Shown piece after piece: positions 60,356-64,000 of a stretch of 64,000 nt of DNA (within the stretch, counting starts at the first letter, position 1; each line of letters opens with the position of its first letter). Origin of the DNA: Guillardia theta CCMP2712 (taxonomy: Eukaryota; Protista; Cryptophyta); assembly GCF_000315625.1 (NCBI RefSeq), contig NW_005434580.1, forward strand, positions 174,036 through 238,035, in the 5' to 3' direction. The notes under the pieces were generated by a model. The model did no database searches and had not been told where the DNA came from. It worked only from the letters and a program-made list of their open reading frames with translations. The translations under genes and the position numbers were made by a program.

Positions 60356-61582
60356 ATGGAGGTTATGAACTCGCCTTGCAAGGCTTCAACAGGGTTGAGG
60401 CCCCGTGCAGCTTGCGTACCTGGTGACTCGTATTCAAGTTCAGCTAGCACTGTCTGTGCGGCCCATAAGGAGATCTTCTATTCGAGCAATCCCACTGGAA
60501 CGCTTCACTCAGGGGAGAGGTCTGATTACCCTCTAGATGTACATCTTCAAGGCGCCAGTGCTGCGGAACAAAACTTCTGCGTAAGACCAGAATGCAGGAA
60601 AGATCCCTTGGAATCATGCAACCCTGGCGTGATGGAAGACGGCGCCTCCAACAAGTGCAAAAGTCTCATTCATGACACATCGGGCATGCTGCCTCCTTGC
60701 ACTAGGAGTGAGATTTATGATGCGTTCAGGAAGCACCAGGGGTTGGACGGAAAGGTCAGCCCTTGCCGACTTCTCAAGATCTCGGCCGAGGTTGGCCTGG
60801 ATCAGCGGAGAGTTCTCCGTCTGCTATGCAAGGAATGGTCAATGGACTTGGAGACCTTCATGATGGTGCTTCAAGATGGAGAGGAGCAGGGAGAAATGAA
60901 CGGGAGCAGGTTGAAGGATACTGCAAGCGATGAGCTTCAAGGGATACTGTACTCGCCGATTGACAGAAAGCAGCTCCGAAAGACCTTGCAGCACTGCAGA
61001 GTGGAATACCAGGAAGCTCTCGCCAACATGAAGGAGAGTGATGCACATCTCATTGCCATGCGCATGCTCCCGAGCATCGTCGATGATATCATGCTGCTGC
61101 GAGAGGAGGTTGGAGTCTATCCGGGTGTGAAGAAGGGCTTTGAACAAGCTTGCACACGCAGCGATGTTGTTGGAAATAGCACAGAATCTCCTCGGGGTAA
61201 CAATCTGCAGGAGCATGAAGAGCCAGGAAGGGGAAGCATGGATGAGTTTCAAAGCGAGGGTCAGGTATCAAGGCACAACGGGCTGCCCACGACTCCGACC
61301 AGCCCCGGCGATGCGGATGAGTCGATGGAGCACGGCTCGTCGTCCAGCGATGACAGTGAGGCGGACATGTCAGGGATCGACTTCTCCCGGAGAGAATCGT
61401 CCTTCAGTCATGGCTTCACTGACTACGACCAGGAGGAGGTGGGTTGTAGCTCCGACGGCAAGCAGGTCGGCAGACTGACCGTGGCTCTGCTCTGCGTCGC
61501 TGATACAGTAAGGACTTACAGGGCCCAGAGGCGTCGGATGAGACGAGGATGCTTCTTGGTGAGTTTCTCAGGCTTCCAGTGA
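60356..61582 (+). CDS. Hypothetical host protein (first exon, 408-aa ORF)
   Basis: Long uninterrupted ORF, partly duplicated downstream. Confidence 0.55.
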   Translation: MEVMNSPCKASTGLRPRAACVPGDSYSSSASTVCAAHKEIFYSSNPTGTLHSGERSDYPLDVHLQGASAAEQNFCVRPECRKDPLESCNPGVMEDGASNKCKSLIHDTSGMLPPCTRSEIYDAFRKHQGLDGKVSPCRLLKISAEVGLDQRRVLRLLCKEWSMDLETFMMVLQDGEEQGEMNGSRLKDTASDELQGILYSPIDRKQLRKTLQHCRVEYQEALANMKESDAHLIAMRMLPSIVDDIMLLREEVGVYPGVKKGFEQACTRSDVVGNSTESPRGNNLQEHEEPGRGSMDEFQSEGQVSRHNGLPTTPTSPGDADESMEHGSSSSDDSEADMSGIDFSRRESSFSHGFTDYDQEEVGCSSDGKQVGRLTVALLCVADTVRTYRAQRRRMRRGCFLVSFSGFQ

Positions 61583-64000
61583 CTGGAGAACTGAGCTTCC
61601 CTTTGCGCAGATCAAATCAAGAGAGAGGCGGAAGAAAGTCTGCGAGCCTACAGGGCAGCCATCGCACGGACATCACAAGGAATCTGACATGAGTCAAGTT
61701 GGAATGGATCGGCCGACCAGCGCACCCGTGCCAGCAGCGCATTGTGATCCTTTGGGCCGCCGAGGCTCCAACTCACTCTGACCGACCCGGCGTCCGACCC
61801 GGCGCTCGCGGCAGTCGGAGGGCTGATGAAGTATGCGTTCTGAGGGTGGCTGGTATAAAGCGGTAGTTCCATATCCTCCGAAAGTACTTCGAAATCATCT
61901 TACTACTTTCAAATGGTAACAATGGAGTTTTGTATAAACAAATCGGACTCCGAGGCGGACGGTAAACGGGACTGGCGGGCTCGCCTCAGAGCGTTGGACA
62001 AAAATACTGATTCCCGCGGCCCGTCACCTCAGGATGGAGGAGCTAGAGGAGGGTCCATGATCACTCTGGTATCTATTTAGACCCCCTCCCTCTCGCTGAT
62101 GTTTCATCCGTTGATATCACTCGAGCTCACCCACTGTAGAGGAAAGTGGTTAAGAAGCTCCGTACTCATGTCTTTGAAAACCTGAAGATACCCTACTTTT
62201 CTTCCTCGTGAAACCTTTAGAAATCTGAGCATGTAGGGATTGGCCATGGTTTCATCTGGGTCATTACAGATGCAGGTTCGTTGAGTCGATGGACTGCAAA
62301 CTGAGAGGGGACAGGATGGTCCATTGAGCGATTGGGTCGAATGGCTTACAATGACGAAGAAACATGTGAGTTGATCATGTGGAAGAAGAGAATGGGACGT
62401 TTGCAGGGGATTTTCTCGCCAGGTGGACATCTCAGTCTTGAGCGAGGGATGTTCGGAGAACCAAGCCGCGAGGAAAGGAAGCCATCACCGCATCGTGACT
62501 TGCTGATATGTTATTCCTGTGTCTCATTCATGACACATCGGGCATGCTGTTTGAGGGAAAGGTCAGCCCTTGCCGACTTCTCAAGATCTCGGCCGAGGTT
62601 GGCCTGGATCAGCGGAGAGTTCTCCGTCTGCTATGCAAGGAATGGTCAATGGACTTGGAGACCTTCATGGTGGTGCTTCAAGATGGAGAGGAGCAGGGAG
62701 AAATGAACGGGAGCAGGTTGAAGGATACTGCAAGCGATGAGCTTCAAGGGATACTGTACTCGCCGATTGACAGAAAGCAGCTCCGAAAGACCTTGCAGCA
62801 CTGCAGAGTGTCATACCAGGAAGCTCTCGCCAACATGAAGGAGAGTGATGCACATCTCATTGCCATGCGCATGCTCCCGAGCATCGTCGATGATATCATG
62901 CTGCTGCGAGAGGAGGTTGGAGTCTATCCGGGTGTGAAGAAGGGCTTTCAACAAGCTTGCACACGCAGCGATGTTGTTGGAAATAGCACAGAATCTCCTC
63001 GGGGTAACAATCTGCAGGAGCATGAAGAGCCAGGAAGGGGAAGCATGGATGAGTTTCAAAGCGAGGGTCAGGTATCAAGGCACAACGGGCTGCCCACGAC
63101 TCCGACCAGCCCCGGCGATGCGGATGAGTCGATGGAGCACGGCTCGTCGTCCAGCGATGACAGTGAGGCGGACATGTCAGGGATCGACTTCTCCCGGAGA
63201 GAATCGTCCTTCAGTCATGGCTTCACTGACTACGACCAGGAGGAGGTGGGTTGTAGCTCCGACGGCAAGCAGGTCGGCAGACTGACCGTGGCTCTGCTCT
63301 GCGTCGCTGATACAGTAAGGACTTACAGGGCCCAGAGGCGTCGGATGAGACGAGGATGCTTCTTGGTGAGTTTCTCAGGCTTCCAGTGACTGGAGAACTG
63401 AGCTTCCCTTTGCGCAGATCAAATCAAGAGAGAGGCGGAAGAAAGTCTGCGAGCCTACAGGGCAGCCATCGCACGGACATCACAAGGAATCTGACATGAG
63501 TCAAGTTGGAATGGATCGGGCCGACCAGCGCACCCGTGCCAGCAGCGCATTGTGATCCTTTGGGCCGCCGAGGCTCCAACTCACTCTGACCGACCCGGCG
63601 TCCGACCCGGCGCTCGCGGCAGTCGGAGGGCTGATGAAGTATGCGTTCTGAGGGTGGCTGGTATAAAGCGGTAGTTCCATATCCTCCGAAAGTACTTCGA
63701 AATCATCTTACTACTTTCAAATGGTAACAATGGAGTTTTGTATAAACAAATCGGACTCCGAGGCGGACGGTAAACGGGACTGGCGGGCTCGCCTCAGAGC
63801 GTTGGACAAAAATACTGATTCCCGCGGCCCGTCACCTCAGGATGGAGGAGCTAGAGGAGGGTCCATGATCACTCTGGTATCTATTTAGACCCCCTCCCTC
63901 TCGCTGATGTTTCATCCGTTGATATCACTCGAGCTCACCCACTGTAGAGGAAAGTGGTTAAGAAGCTCCGTACTCATGTCTTTGAAAACCTGAAGATACC
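60663..64000 (+). repeat. Near-identical tandem duplication, period ~1807 bp (second copy 5'-truncated, runs off the window)
   Basis: 62522-64000 matches ~60663-62193. ORF stops at 61582 and 63389. A short deletion lies near the start of copy 2. Confidence 0.95.

Overview
Eukaryotic nuclear DNA: GC-rich, with many short GT-AG introns and abundant microsatellites. The style suggests a cryptophyte such as Guillardia theta, but that is inference. A sharply AT-rich, intronless, gene-dense island of about 26 kb (12753-38793) is an endogenous Polinton-like virus (PLV). It encodes a tyrosine recombinase (apparently frameshifted), a GIY-YIG nuclease, a primpol-D5/SF3 helicase, a Tlr6F-like protein, glutaredoxin, a SLATT-like 2TM protein, a minor capsid protein, two tandem major capsid paralogs, a packaging ATPase and giant fibre-type ORFs. 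No protein-primed PolB, retroviral integrase or protease is visible. Key observation: the ~0.8-kb terminal repeat occurs as a direct repeat at 12753 and internally at 32008, and the 1994-aa (+) and 990-aa (-) fibre ORFs join in frame at a shared TAGAT. Flipping ~32006-38793 restores terminal inverted repeats, a CTAG at both host junctions and one ~2976-aa fibre gene. The right 6.8 kb therefore appears inverted exactly at the element end and an internal look-alike site. Host flanks contain genes for an STI1-domain protein, a TM-collagen-SRCR-multi-PA14 protein, Snf7/Vps32, GPN3 and a Tudor/BAH/SET protein, plus several tandem arrays, an assembly gap and a 1.8-kb tandem duplication.
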